A DNA stretch of 54,701 bases from Patescibacteria group bacterium (GCA_042568575.1 JBHPIO010000010.1:1-54701); one strand, 5' to 3'. Counted from the first letter of the stretch, positions 1 through 9,663 are shown. A program made the numbers and translations. Notes: a model not told the origin generated them from the sequence alone.

Positions 1-563
1 TCATGCCTTTCTTCCATTATCCTGTAAATCATTTCCGCCATTTCGCCGCGGGTAACTTCGTCGTTTATGTATTCAAATGATGATGGAATATAACCCTGCG
101 CACCAAGTGTTTCAATATAAACGCTATACCACTCACCACCCTGTGGAGTTATCGTCTCAATTTCAAAAACATTCACCAAAATCTTGGAAGCCTCCGCCAG
201 ATTTATGTTATTTGCAGGCCCAAAACTACCATCTGGATAGCCGCTTATTATTCCTTCTGATTTCGCATAACAAACATAAGAAGTGAACCACCTCTCGGCC
301 GGAAAATCATTAAAACATGTTTCTGTGTACCCAGTTGGCTCCTCACCGTTTTTTGCTTCTACAAGAATTTTCGTAAATTCCGCACGGATAATCGACACGT
401 CCGGACGATAAGTTCCGTCATCATATCCCTCAACAATTTCAAGATCAGTGATGTAGTCGATCGCCTCATTGTAATCCGTTGAAGAATCGACATCTGAATA
501 TGCGTATGCCGAACTAGCTAGCAAAATAAATAGAGCGAGCGTTAAAAAGATTAGTTTTTTCAT
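1..563 (-). CDS. Secreted S-layer homology (SLH) domain protein, runs off the window start
   Basis: Not in the ORF track. Manual translation from ATG 563: MKKLIFLTLALFILLASSAYAYSDVD...IVEGYDDGTYRPDVSIIRAEFTKIL...GIISGYPDGSFGPANNINLAEASKIL, i.e. signal peptide plus SLH repeats. Confidence 0.85.
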   Translation of the reverse strand, partial: MKKLIFLTLALFILLASSAYAYSDVDSSTDYNEAIDYITDLEIVEGYDDGTYRPDVSIIRAEFTKILVEAKNGEEPTGYTETCFNDFPAERWFTSYVCYAKSEGIISGYPDGSFGPANNINLAEASKILVNVFEIETITPQGGEWYSVYIETLGAQGYIPSSFEYINDEVTRGEMAEMIYRIMEERH

Positions 564-632
564 GGTAAGTGTTTTAAGAGGTCACATTGTACCATGAAAT
601 TACCAGGTAATCCGTGATTACCGAGTAATATT

Positions 633-1163
633 TTACGAAACTCTCTCCACACTTCCTCTAATTTCTCCTGAAACAGCCGCAATTCCTTCAAGTTCTTGTA
701 ACTTTCTAAATATTTCCAGATAAGTGTCTGCTTGAACCCTTTCCGGGAAATATCCCTGGTTTAAAGCAAGGAATTCTCCAAGTTTAAGTAAACTTGTTAC
801 TGTTCTATCATCTTTATTGTCCAAGGGGGCATTCATAATTTCAGAAATTACATGTATTTTTGCCCCATATGCACGATAAGGGATAAAGCGTTTAAGAAGT
901 CTGACAGGGTCATCTGTTGCAGTTTTTGCAACTTTCAGCAAAGCATGTGAAATAAGCTCTTCACGAGAATATCCCATTTCTACAGCTCTACCATCCGCCG
1001 GAGGCAAAATTGCATCCTCTCTTTCATTTAGAGCTTTTGCAATTTGGAGAAGCATATTTACATCCTCCATTTGGTCAATCCATTCAAGCCATTTACGCGC
1101 AGAACTTCGCCCGGTAGTAAGCATTGGTAATGTGTCCTTTCTCTCTCTTCTTTCTGGTGTCAT
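633..1163 (-). CDS. Hypothetical protein, paralog of 3592-4089
   Basis: Start reassigned to MTPERR (1163), downstream of TTGACA-N16-TACAAT; aligns by eye with 3592-4089. Confidence 0.7.
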   Translation of the reverse strand: MTPERRERKDTLPMLTTGRSSARKWLEWIDQMEDVNMLLQIAKALNEREDAILPPADGRAVEMGYSREELISHALLKVAKTATDDPVRLLKRFIPYRAYGAKIHVISEIMNAPLDNKDDRTVTSLLKLGEFLALNQGYFPERVQADTYLEIFRKLQELEGIAAVSGEIRGSVERVS

Positions 1164-1233
1164 TTTTTTATAATTATTAAAACAGAGTATCATTGTATAC
1201 ATTTTTACAATTTTGTCAAGCCGCCACTCTTTT

Positions 1234-1266
1234 TGAAAGAAATATTCCATTAAAAGTGTAGTAGTA
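1234..1266 (+). promoter_or_regulatory. Putative ECF sigma promoter (autoregulatory)
   Basis: TGAAAGAAA-N14-TGTAGTAGTA, repeated with identical spacing at 2636-2668. Confidence 0.7.
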
Positions 1267-1293
1267 TACGAACAGAAACTCCCTAAATTTCGC

Positions 1294-1878
1294 ATGAATC
1301 AGAATACTCAACAAACTGATGAGCAACTGGCTATTGTCAGCCTTAAAGACAAAAACAAATTTGCCGAACTTGTGCAGCGTTACGAGCAAAAGCTTTCGCG
1401 CTACATCAGGCGTCTCACAAATTTGAATACTCAGTGCATTGAAGATGTTTTGCAGGAGACATTCATCAAAATCTATAAAAATCTTAATAATTTTGATCCG
1501 ACTTTAAGCTTTTCTAGCTGGGCATATCGAATCTCGCATAACGAGGCATTAAATTACATCCACAAAAATAAGAATAAAAACACGGCACCTATTGAAACCG
1601 ACGATAAGGACACGGCAAGCCTCATCGACATCCTGGAAAGCGATACAAATGTAGAGGCCGAGGTTGCTCAAAAAGAAATTGCAGAGAAAATCCGTGTGGT
1701 AATAAAAAAGCTCCCAAAAAAATATCGTGACGTCATTATCTTGTATTATCTTGAACAAAAAGACTATTCTGAAATTAGCGATATCCTTAAAAAGCCGATG
1801 GGAACGATTGCAACGTTACTCAACCGGGCAAAATCAAAATTTAAAACACTCGCACTTAAACATAATATCGTAACTTAA
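1294..1878 (+). CDS. ECF sigma-70 factor
   Basis: Region 2 (EDVLQETFIKIY, FSSWAYRISHN) and region 4 (YSEISDILKKPMGTIATLLNRAK). Confidence 0.92.
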   Translation: MNQNTQQTDEQLAIVSLKDKNKFAELVQRYEQKLSRYIRRLTNLNTQCIEDVLQETFIKIYKNLNNFDPTLSFSSWAYRISHNEALNYIHKNKNKNTAPIETDDKDTASLIDILESDTNVEAEVAQKEIAEKIRVVIKKLPKKYRDVIILYYLEQKDYSEISDILKKPMGTIATLLNRAKSKFKTLALKHNIVT

Positions 1879-1884
1879 TAGTTC

Positions 1885-2628
1885 ATGACCAAAATAAGCA
1901 AATCGGTTATCGACAAAATAGATGAGAAACACATTAAACCCATTCCAAAATGGCAGTTTGTTCTTTTGAATGTGGCCATGTGGGCTCTGTTTGTTGCAAC
2001 TATTCTGCTTGGTGGAATCGCGACCAGTCTTGTTATTTTGAAATTATTTAACACTCAATGGGCACTTGCTCCACGTATTGGTGGCAATTTCTTTATCGTC
2101 CTTCCTTATATATGGTTTGGACTTCTTGCTTTGATGATCTTTATTGGATCAAAAATATTCGAGAAAACAAAGAAAGGGTATAGGCGCAATCATTGGACTA
2201 TTGCCGGGATTAGCGTTTTGGCTTCGATTACTCTTGGATGTATTTTCTATTCAACCCATGCGGCACAAAATGTTGAAGAAACTATGCAGAAACATGTTCC
2301 TGCATATAAGGAGCTTCAACAAATACGTGAAAAAGTGTGGCATGCGCCTGAAGAGGGATTGCTTCCTGGAAGAATAGTCGAAGCTAGTTCAGAATCATTA
2401 ATTATTTTGAATGACTTGACCGGTCAAACTTGGGAAGTTGATATTGAAGATGCAAGAATGGCTCGCGATGTCACATTAAAAGTTGGAATGCCGGTTCTTG
2501 CTACCGGAGAAAAAACAGGTGATTTGGAGTTTAAAGCAGACGCAATTAGAGCTCACAAAAACCTTCCACCGCCATTAGAAAAAGCAATGAAAAGGGGTAT
2601 GGAAAAGCCAAGAGAAAGAAGTTTATAA
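1885..2628 (+). CDS. Membrane protein, candidate anti-sigma/sensor partner of the ECF
   Basis: Three TM segments and a C-terminal soluble domain, 6 nt downstream of the sigma gene. Confidence 0.65.
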   Translation: MTKISKSVIDKIDEKHIKPIPKWQFVLLNVAMWALFVATILLGGIATSLVILKLFNTQWALAPRIGGNFFIVLPYIWFGLLALMIFIGSKIFEKTKKGYRRNHWTIAGISVLASITLGCIFYSTHAAQNVEETMQKHVPAYKELQQIREKVWHAPEEGLLPGRIVEASSESLIILNDLTGQTWEVDIEDARMARDVTLKVGMPVLATGEKTGDLEFKADAIRAHKNLPPPLEKAMKRGMEKPRERSL

Positions 2629-2635
2629 AAAAAAG

Positions 2636-2668
2636 TGAAAGAAACTTTCAACCCAGGTTGTAGTAGTA
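2636..2668 (+). promoter_or_regulatory. Putative ECF sigma promoter
   Basis: TGAAAGAAA-N14-TGTAGTAGTA, same as 1234-1266. Confidence 0.7.
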
Positions 2669-2715
2669 AATGTAAACGCTCTAGAGTTTAACATTTATTC
2701 TTTAATAACACAGTC

Positions 2716-3426
2716 ATGAAAAACGTAAACAAAGTATTGGCCATAACTGGAATCGTTGCAGTTCTAGCTATAACAAATGTCGCATCAAGTGCGCTTGCTA
2801 ATACAGGAGAAGGAGTTAACGAGGGAGATGCACCTCAAATGCAACAAATGCACAAACAGATGGATCCTGAAAAAATGGAAGAAATGAAACAGCACCGAGA
2901 AGAGGTGAAAGCGGCAGTAGAAAGTGGAGACTACGATGCGTGGTATGCACTAATGTCAGAGCACGAACGTGCGGGAGACATTCTTGAAAAGATCAACGCA
3001 GACAACTTCTACCTTCTAGAAGACATGCACCAGGCAATACAGGATGGTGATCGTGAAGGTGCAAAAGCCATCGCTGATGAGCTTGGAATTAAGAAGCCAA
3101 TGAAACATCGCGGGAAAATGGGGAAAAACTTTGACCCTGAAAAGGCTGAAGAAATGAAGGCGCACATGGAAGCAGTAAAAGGATTCGTTGACAGTGGAGA
3201 TTACCAAGGTTGGGTTAATTACTTAGCTGAAGAAGGAAAAGATCCAAAGATCCTTGAAACTATCAACGCGGACAACTTCCACTTATTGGGTGAATTACAC
3301 GAAGCAAAAGAAAATGGAGACCGCGAAGGAGCAAAAGCAATCGCTGACGAACTTGGATTTGAAAGACCAATGAAAGGAAAATTCAAAGGTAGAGTGGGAG
3401 GACAAAGAGGTCCCGCACAACAGTAA
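2716..3426 (+). CDS. Secreted Met/His-rich protein with an ~80 aa internal duplication
   Basis: Signal peptide; two copies of DPEK.EEMK.H...SGDY..W...INADNF.LL...GDREGAKAIADELG. Confidence 0.8.
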   Translation: MKNVNKVLAITGIVAVLAITNVASSALANTGEGVNEGDAPQMQQMHKQMDPEKMEEMKQHREEVKAAVESGDYDAWYALMSEHERAGDILEKINADNFYLLEDMHQAIQDGDREGAKAIADELGIKKPMKHRGKMGKNFDPEKAEEMKAHMEAVKGFVDSGDYQGWVNYLAEEGKDPKILETINADNFHLLGELHEAKENGDREGAKAIADELGFERPMKGKFKGRVGGQRGPAQQ

Positions 3427-3453
3427 CTTATGAACTTAAGTTAGGGAGAGAGG

Positions 3454-3483
3454 AAGGCGGCAACTGAAAGGTTGTCGTCTTTT
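3454..3483 (+). terminator. Intrinsic terminator
   Basis: aggcggcaac-tgaaag-gttgtcgtct followed by T run. Confidence 0.7.
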
Positions 3484-3591
3484 GCTTGAGAATGCGATGA
3501 GCTTTGCGAATCGGATTATCAAGTACGCATAGCGCTGCTTTAACATGCGCATGAGCGTAGCGAATCGGATGGTAAAGTACGACGAAGTGTG

Positions 3592-4089
3592 CTAATCAAC
3601 TCCATCTTTTCTTGATTCCACTTCTTGAGAGATCCTTTCTATGTTTTCGGTGCTTTCAGTATCTTCAGCTTTTCTAAGCATTTCAAAAATTTTTCTCATC
3701 GTCTTGCTCCACATATCTGTCGGAAAAAACCTCTTATAATCAAGAAGCAGTATGCCAAGTTCACCGAGATCGGAAAGAGAACCGTTTTCAATTAGTTTAT
3801 CCAGTAGTTCATTTATTCTTTTTAAGCCTTCTTTCAGTTCACTATCTTCATGTGGCAAATCCAAATATCTTTTAAACGCGTAAAATATTAATTCAACCCT
3901 AGTAAAGCTACAATTAACAGCTCGCTCCTTAGTCGGCTCTGTAACAGACAAATGATTTTCTGCCAATTGTTCAGCTGCAATAAGCACAAAATTTGGACGA
4001 TCGGTAGCCTCTATGAAGTCTTTCCACACATCTGGATCGCCAGTCCCGAACACAGGCATCGTTGATGTTCTATCGGGTGTCTCAGCCAT
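3592..4089 (-). CDS. Hypothetical protein, paralog of 633-1163
   Basis: ORF with upstream TTGACA-N16-TACAAT; similarity to 633-1163. Confidence 0.7.
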   Translation of the reverse strand: MAETPDRTSTMPVFGTGDPDVWKDFIEATDRPNFVLIAAEQLAENHLSVTEPTKERAVNCSFTRVELIFYAFKRYLDLPHEDSELKEGLKRINELLDKLIENGSLSDLGELGILLLDYKRFFPTDMWSKTMRKIFEMLRKAEDTESTENIERISQEVESRKDGVD

Positions 4090-4190
4090 ATTGATTAATA
4101 TAAAGGATGTTATTGTATAGCTTCTAGGGGTTTTGTCAAGCAGCTTGAGGCGTATGGTATTATATCTTCATCCGCAAATAACCAAATGAC

Positions 4191-5141
4191 ATGTTCGAAT
4201 GGATCGCCGATATGATTACGTTTAATCTCCTTAATCTCGAAAGAGAAAGTGGCTATGGAGAGGCCCTGCACTTCTTTATCTACGACAGTATAAAGATTCT
4301 GGTTTTGATATTTGCCGTCGTTTCCTTGATCGCTTTTATACGAACCTTTTTGCCCGGCGAAGATATTAAAAAATTTGTTTCAAAGGCACGATTTGGACTT
4401 GGGAATTTGGCAGCGGCAGTATTTGGAGCAGTCACACCTTTTTGTTCATGCTCTTCGATCCCAATATTTATTGGATTTTTAAAAGCGCGGATTCCAATGG
4501 GAATCGCGTTTTCGTTCTTAATAACATCACCCCTAGTAAATGAAGTTGCCTTCGTAATAATGGGAGGACTTTTTGGATGGAAGCTTGCAATTATGTACGC
4601 ATTTTCCGGAATCGCCCTTGGGGTAGTCGCGGGTATGCTTCTAGGATCGTTGAAGATGGAAAGCAGTATTATTCTTAACGAAAATGGGCAAGACAAAAAA
4701 CAGATAGTACTTCCAAGAACTCTAAAAAAGAAATTCACATATTCATTTAAACAAGGTCTTAAAACACTTAAGAAGCTTTATCCATATATACTTGGAGGAA
4801 TGGCTCTTGGCGCTTTCATCCATGGCTTCGTTCCTCAAGAATTTTTCATGAATTATATTGGAAAGTATAGCGTGCTATCGGTTCCTATCGCCGCAATCGT
4901 TGGAATCCCAATTTATGCAGGATGCTCAACAGTCGTTCCTATAATATTTGGAATAACAGCAAACGGCGTTCCACTTGGGACATCACTGGCTTTCATGATG
5001 TCGATAGCCGGATTATCTTTGCCGGAAGCAATCATTTTAAAGCGCGTAATGAAATTAAAACTGCTCGCGATTTTCTTTGGAATAGTCGGAGTTGGGATAA
5101 TACTTATTGGATATTTGTTTAATTTGGTTGGAGTGGTTTAG
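4191..5141 (+). CDS. DUF318/ArsP-family permease
   Basis: Multi-TM protein with TPFCSCSSIP and SLPE motifs. Confidence 0.88.
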   Translation: MFEWIADMITFNLLNLERESGYGEALHFFIYDSIKILVLIFAVVSLIAFIRTFLPGEDIKKFVSKARFGLGNLAAAVFGAVTPFCSCSSIPIFIGFLKARIPMGIAFSFLITSPLVNEVAFVIMGGLFGWKLAIMYAFSGIALGVVAGMLLGSLKMESSIILNENGQDKKQIVLPRTLKKKFTYSFKQGLKTLKKLYPYILGGMALGAFIHGFVPQEFFMNYIGKYSVLSVPIAAIVGIPIYAGCSTVVPIIFGITANGVPLGTSLAFMMSIAGLSLPEAIILKRVMKLKLLAIFFGIVGVGIILIGYLFNLVGVV

Positions 5142-5245
5142 GAAAGCAAAGCCTTCTTGACAAATATGCATAATTTGCTAATATACTTCCCTGATTATTG
5201 AGCAACGCACCTTGCATTACCCAAGGCAATCATAACCACTTACAA

Positions 5246-5512
5246 ATGGCCGACGAAATGAAAACTAAGGCGATTCCTGCAATGCTGCAAGAAACAGAGG
5301 ACACTGGATTAATAACTGATGACTCTCTTGAAGCTCTTAAAGCGAAAAGGCTTCAAGCCGAAGAAAAAATCGAGAATCTGATAAGATTGCACGGAGAAGG
5401 TAAGATATCTGAAGAACGGATGAAAGTAAGAATCAATACAATACGAGAAGAAATACAAACGATACAAGACCAGATAATCGCTTCAGACTTTGATGACGAA
5501 ATACTGTCCTAG
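5246..5512 (+). CDS. Hypothetical coiled-coil protein
   Basis: ORF from ATG 5246; upstream TTGACA. Confidence 0.55.
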   Translation: MADEMKTKAIPAMLQETEDTGLITDDSLEALKAKRLQAEEKIENLIRLHGEGKISEERMKVRINTIREEIQTIQDQIIASDFDDEILS

Positions 5513-5532
5513 CCTTATTTTATGACTGGATG

Positions 5533-5690
5533 GCGCTTTTCGCTACAGTATACCGTTTGAGCGTTGGTAGAGTTTGATTGTGTAAGAAGTGTGCTAGATC
5601 AAGCTACGAAGAAGAAGCGTAGCGCCTGATTGAGTAGGTTGAGCCCGTACGACGAAGTGCTAGAGGGGCACACCCAGTGCTTGCATTATA
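5533..5690 (-). repeat. tRNA-Thr-associated repeat unit A (no tRNA half; extra internal segment)
   Basis: Shares cgctacagtat.ccgt..., ggtagagtttgattg and gtgctagaggggcacacccagtgc with units B and C. Confidence 0.85.
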
Positions 5691-5769
5691 GTATAATATG
5701 TATAGATTTTGCCATTGACATATTTACGCTATTGTATTTACAATAACGTCCAATTCTAAATTTTGAAAG

Positions 5770-6468
5770 ATGACTGAAATCCGAAAGTCCCCAGAGACAA
5801 CAAGAAGCACTGTAACATTACCAAGTGATGATTTATACAAATTAAAAAGTGCTCTTCGGCATAATGCACAAACAACTGTTCATATAACAAGAAATTTCCT
5901 TCGTGGCAAAAACTCCATCCCGATTGGAGATGGGAAAGCGGCAACTTTAGAAGTCCTTACCGACGAAGAAATACAAAACCTTTTAGGTGATACTCCAAAG
6001 AGGTTAAGGTTATCAATTGCCACTGCAAAAAGACCTAAATATAATGGTCCGTTAAAAAGATTGGGGGATGAAGATTTACAAAGGCTCGAAGAATTAGCAA
6101 ATTCAGATTGGAGTGTTCCAGAAAATATTGCAAATTTGGCAGTTGCATTAAAAGCTGAATTTCAAGATTGTTTTAAAGAAAAAATTGTTCAAGAAGTAAA
6201 TGAACTCGCAGCCATTATTAACGGAAGACACGCAATAATTATTGAAGGACTGTGGAAATCAACTAATAGAGCAACTCCAGAACAAATAACAGCTTATTGT
6301 GAAAAAAATAGACGTGAATTTATAGCATGGATTCAACGACATATTGATGAAGAAGCTGATAAGTCATCGACGAGAGTAGTTTTTTTAACAAATCTATTAG
6401 CTACTGTTACTTCATGTGATTATACTAATCTCGAAGTGTTGGATAGAATTTACGACCAAATAGATTAA
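5770..6468 (+). CDS. Hypothetical protein
   Basis: 232 aa ORF between repeat units A and B. Confidence 0.65.
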   Translation: MTEIRKSPETTRSTVTLPSDDLYKLKSALRHNAQTTVHITRNFLRGKNSIPIGDGKAATLEVLTDEEIQNLLGDTPKRLRLSIATAKRPKYNGPLKRLGDEDLQRLEELANSDWSVPENIANLAVALKAEFQDCFKEKIVQEVNELAAIINGRHAIIIEGLWKSTNRATPEQITAYCEKNRREFIAWIQRHIDEEADKSSTRVVFLTNLLATVTSCDYTNLEVLDRIYDQID

Positions 6469-6495
6469 ACGAATAATCCCCTACGCAAGCCAAAC

Positions 6496-6653
6496 TGGAG
6501 CCATCGCCGGGGATTGAACCCGGGACCCCACCCTTACCATGTATAGATGATGTTCGTTGAAGGGCGTTTTTCGCTACAGTATGCCGTAAAGTTAGTGAGC
6601 GAGTTTGGTTGTGTGAGAAGTGCTAGAGGGGCACATCCAGTACAATAATTATA
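6496..6653 (-). repeat. Repeat unit B containing the 3' half of tRNA-Thr(GGT) (6496-6541)
   Basis: Minus strand CATGGTAAGGGTGGGGTCCCGGGTTCAATCCCCGGCGATGGCTCCA, preceded by a conserved ~100 nt body. Confidence 0.9.
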
Positions 6654-6727
6654 TAACATAATTTCAAATTGAAATAGATAAAGATAATATGTAAACTTTA
6701 ATCAAATTCCTAAAGTATTAATTTCTT

Positions 6728-7033
6728 ATGGTTGATCAACTTGATAAAAATAGTATACCTGACGAGCTTGAAGTTAAAGCTGATAGTGAGCTACCTGATA
6801 TAGATCCCAGGTTAATAGAATTAATGTCAACTGTATCATCGCAAGCAGAAATACCTCTCGACCTTCGTGGAATACAAGAGCGTGGAATCCAAAAATTAAA
6901 AGCTCTACAAAAACAACCTCAGTCAGAGGGTAGTAAAGCTGCTTTAGGTAGAATTATAAAAAGATTAGAAGAAACTCCCATATTAGTAAATCTGTCAGCA
7001 GAAGAAATGAGTCGCCGCAGAGGTTGCTTTTGA
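6728..7033 (+). CDS. Hypothetical protein
   Basis: 101 aa ORF between repeat units B and C. Confidence 0.6.
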   Translation: MVDQLDKNSIPDELEVKADSELPDIDPRLIELMSTVSSQAEIPLDLRGIQERGIQKLKALQKQPQSEGSKAALGRIIKRLEETPILVNLSAEEMSRRRGCF

Positions 7034-7059
7034 TGACTTTTCGCTTACACAAGCCAAAA

Positions 7060-7220
7060 TGGAGCCATCGATGGGGATTGAACCCATGACCCCACCCTTA
7101 CCATGTATAGATGATGTTTGTTGAAGAGTGTTTTTCGCTACAGTATGCCGTTTGAGCGCTGGTAGAGTTTGATTGTATGAATAGTGCTAGAGGGGCACAC
7201 CCAGTGCAATTATTATAGCA
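7060..7220 (-). repeat. Repeat unit C containing the 3' half of tRNA-Thr(GGT) (7060-7105); island junction
   Basis: Minus strand ...CATGGTAAGGGTGGGGTCATGGGTTCAATCCCCATCGATGGCTCCA; TGCTATAAT at 7212-7220. Confidence 0.9.
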
Positions 7221-7224
7221 TGTT

Positions 7225-7977
7225 TTATAATCCTAATGCTTTTAATCTTTCTTTCATATCTTTGGGCGTTATTTTAACACCTTGTCCCCTTAGTGCAGCT
7301 TTTACTCTGTCTACTTGATCGGCAACTTTAAGAAAAGCTAGCTCTAGTTCATTTAATGGTTGAAAAGGATTCACTACGTCAGCTACATCTACTGGAAGTT
7401 CTTGTTCCCCTGCTTCTCTTAACATTTCTTGGGCTATTGCTGTCTCTCTTACTAAACTTTTAGCCATTGTTAATACCATGTCCAAAACTTCTTCTGGGGA
7501 CATTTTTTCTTCATCAGGTGATCCTTCTTGCGGTAGTGATTCCTGCCTTGCTTGCACTTTCGCAATATCTGCTTGTGGATCACTCGTATCTCGATGGGGA
7601 CAAGATGCATTAAGGCAATTTCTACATGCTACTTTAACTTCATCAGAGACACTATATATTGCAGAGCCTCTTCTTTCCATCAACTTACCAGATCTTCGTC
7701 CTAACGTCAGTGCTTCTTCTACTACAAAACGAGCAATCTTCTTAAATTCCTCCTTCGTTATACAACAAGGTCTACTGCCATAATACATTTTATAACCTGA
7801 TTCAACACATTTTAACAACTCCAAAAAGTCTGCTTCGAAATTTGACATGTCAAATTTTGCCTGAGCCTCACCAATTGCATTTCGCCAAGGTTGTGAACCA
7901 ATAAAATCTTCATCAATGCGTATTACTCCTTCAAGTGGGGTTCCTAATCCTGGTTGAGTTTTTAAATGATCAGACAT
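7225..7977 (-). CDS. Hypothetical protein
   Basis: 250 aa ORF; TTGACA-N17-TATAAT upstream; CRNCLNASCPH cluster. Confidence 0.7.
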   Translation of the reverse strand: MSDHLKTQPGLGTPLEGVIRIDEDFIGSQPWRNAIGEAQAKFDMSNFEADFLELLKCVESGYKMYYGSRPCCITKEEFKKIARFVVEEALTLGRRSGKLMERRGSAIYSVSDEVKVACRNCLNASCPHRDTSDPQADIAKVQARQESLPQEGSPDEEKMSPEEVLDMVLTMAKSLVRETAIAQEMLREAGEQELPVDVADVVNPFQPLNELELAFLKVADQVDRVKAALRGQGVKITPKDMKERLKALGL

Positions 7978-8184
7978 ATTTTTAATAGTTAATTACAAAG
8001 GATGGAATTATAACAAGTTTGTCCTTCCTTGTCAAGTGCTTAACAATACCCTTGGTAAATCCTGCACACCGTTTATTGTGCAAAATAACACTCAATAAAA
8101 CTTTTAATTCGACTATTTCCCACAGGCTATTGACAAAAACAAGCAATAGTCCTAGAATCTAACCTCATTAAACAATTTCAATAC

Positions 8185-9315
8185 ATGAATCTAAAAACAC
8201 GAATTGAATTATATAAAAAATTGGAGAAAAAACGAGGGAATCCGCTGATTGTTTATGTAACATCACAGAGACCTGGAGCAGAAGGATTAATGGCTAGTGA
8301 TGTAATAAATGAGTTGATCAATCAAATTCAATGTCTCCCTGCAGAGTCTCAATCTGTTGATTTTTTAATTGATTCAACTGGTGGTGATGGATTGGTTGCA
8401 TGGAGAACCATTTCTCTATTAAGAGAAAAAGTTGATAAAGTCAATATTATAATCCCTCACTCAGCCTTTAGCGCTGCCACATTGTTAGCTTTAGGTGGAA
8501 ATGAAATAGTAATGGGCAAATTTGGATGTCTTGGTCCTATTGATCCACAAATTACAATAAAAAAAGATAATGGAGAAACCAAACAATTTGCCTATGAAGA
8601 TATTGTCTCATTTCTGAGTTTTACAAAAAAAGAAGCTGGCCTAACAGAGCAAGCATACAGTGAATCAGCCTTTAATAAGCTTTGTGAAATTGTTGATCCA
8701 CCAGCTTTAGGTTTTGCCAAACGTGCATCGTCATTAGCTGTAACAATTGGAGAAAAACTCTTATTAACTCATTTATCTGAAGCAAAAAAATCACAAGCAA
8801 TTGCAATTGCAGAAAAATTAAATAAAAATTTCTTTAATCATGGACATGCGTTGAGTCGATCTGAAGCAAAAAAAATTGGACTCAATATTATTGAACCAGA
8901 TGCTGAATTGGAAAAATTAATGTGGGAAATACATAAAAGCTTTGAGTCAGAACTAAATGTAAAAAAACCATTTGACCCAATTGCTGAATTTCTATCAGAA
9001 GCTAAGGCTGCTCCTTATTTACAATCACCACCACCACTTCATATTCCTCCACATATTGATCCACAGGCAGGTTTAAATATACTAAGCACCTACATTAATA
9101 ATCAACTAAATGCAGATCCTCCTGATGTAACTCGAGAATTAAAATACGCATTCATGGAAAGCTCAAGATGTGCAGCAGAATTTTTTCAAAAAATTAAAAT
9201 TCTGGTAATGAGAAAATTGGATTTGAAATTTATCGCAAGTGCTCTAAAGTTGGATTGTGGATGGAGAGATATAAAACTCCCGAAAATACAAAAGAAGAAA
9301 GGAAAAAAGAAGTAA
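8185..9315 (+). CDS. ClpP-class (SDH_sah/S49-like) serine protease
   Basis: DSTGGD, IIPHSAFSAATLLALG and GPIDPQ motifs. Confidence 0.85.
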   Translation: MNLKTRIELYKKLEKKRGNPLIVYVTSQRPGAEGLMASDVINELINQIQCLPAESQSVDFLIDSTGGDGLVAWRTISLLREKVDKVNIIIPHSAFSAATLLALGGNEIVMGKFGCLGPIDPQITIKKDNGETKQFAYEDIVSFLSFTKKEAGLTEQAYSESAFNKLCEIVDPPALGFAKRASSLAVTIGEKLLLTHLSEAKKSQAIAIAEKLNKNFFNHGHALSRSEAKKIGLNIIEPDAELEKLMWEIHKSFESELNVKKPFDPIAEFLSEAKAAPYLQSPPPLHIPPHIDPQAGLNILSTYINNQLNADPPDVTRELKYAFMESSRCAAEFFQKIKILVMRKLDLKFIASALKLDCGWRDIKLPKIQKKKGKKK

Positions 9316-9351
9316 AAACCTATTATCCAACATAAATTAATACTAACTGTT

Positions 9352-9522
9352 ATGGAGAAAGATATATCTGTAAATAAAAAAAATAATAGATCTCCTTTTG
9401 CAATTCAATTGACAAATGAATTAACACCTACACGAGAAGAAACGAGAACCGTATCATTAGCTGAAGAAAAACATATAAGTCAAGATACTTTGAATCAAAA
9501 TAATAACATTAAGACCTATTGA
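9352..9522 (+). CDS. Small 56 aa ORF after the protease
   Basis: Manual translation MEKDISVNKKNNRSPFAIQLTNELTPTREETRTVSLAEEKHISQDTLNQNNNIKTY. Confidence 0.4.
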   Translation: MEKDISVNKKNNRSPFAIQLTNELTPTREETRTVSLAEEKHISQDTLNQNNNIKTY

Positions 9523-9663
9523 GAATAATTGACACCTGTGCCTGAAAGGCGGTGTTGAGATGGAAATTTTGACAACTACGTTCTTAGATTATAGTTGACT
9601 ATGTATTGATTGTTATGAGATTTTGTTATATATATGTATCCTATTTATTAATGATTTATTCAT

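Noticed and set aside
77-286. 69 aa plus-strand ORF
   Set aside because: Antisense to the SLH gene at 1-563.
6496-7105. Calling the tRNA-Thr matches at 6496 and 7060 intact tRNA genes
   Set aside because: They lack the acceptor 5' strand and D arm in cis.
5533-7220. CRISPR array
   Set aside because: Units are about 150 nt, separated by whole genes, tRNA-derived, and there are no cas genes.
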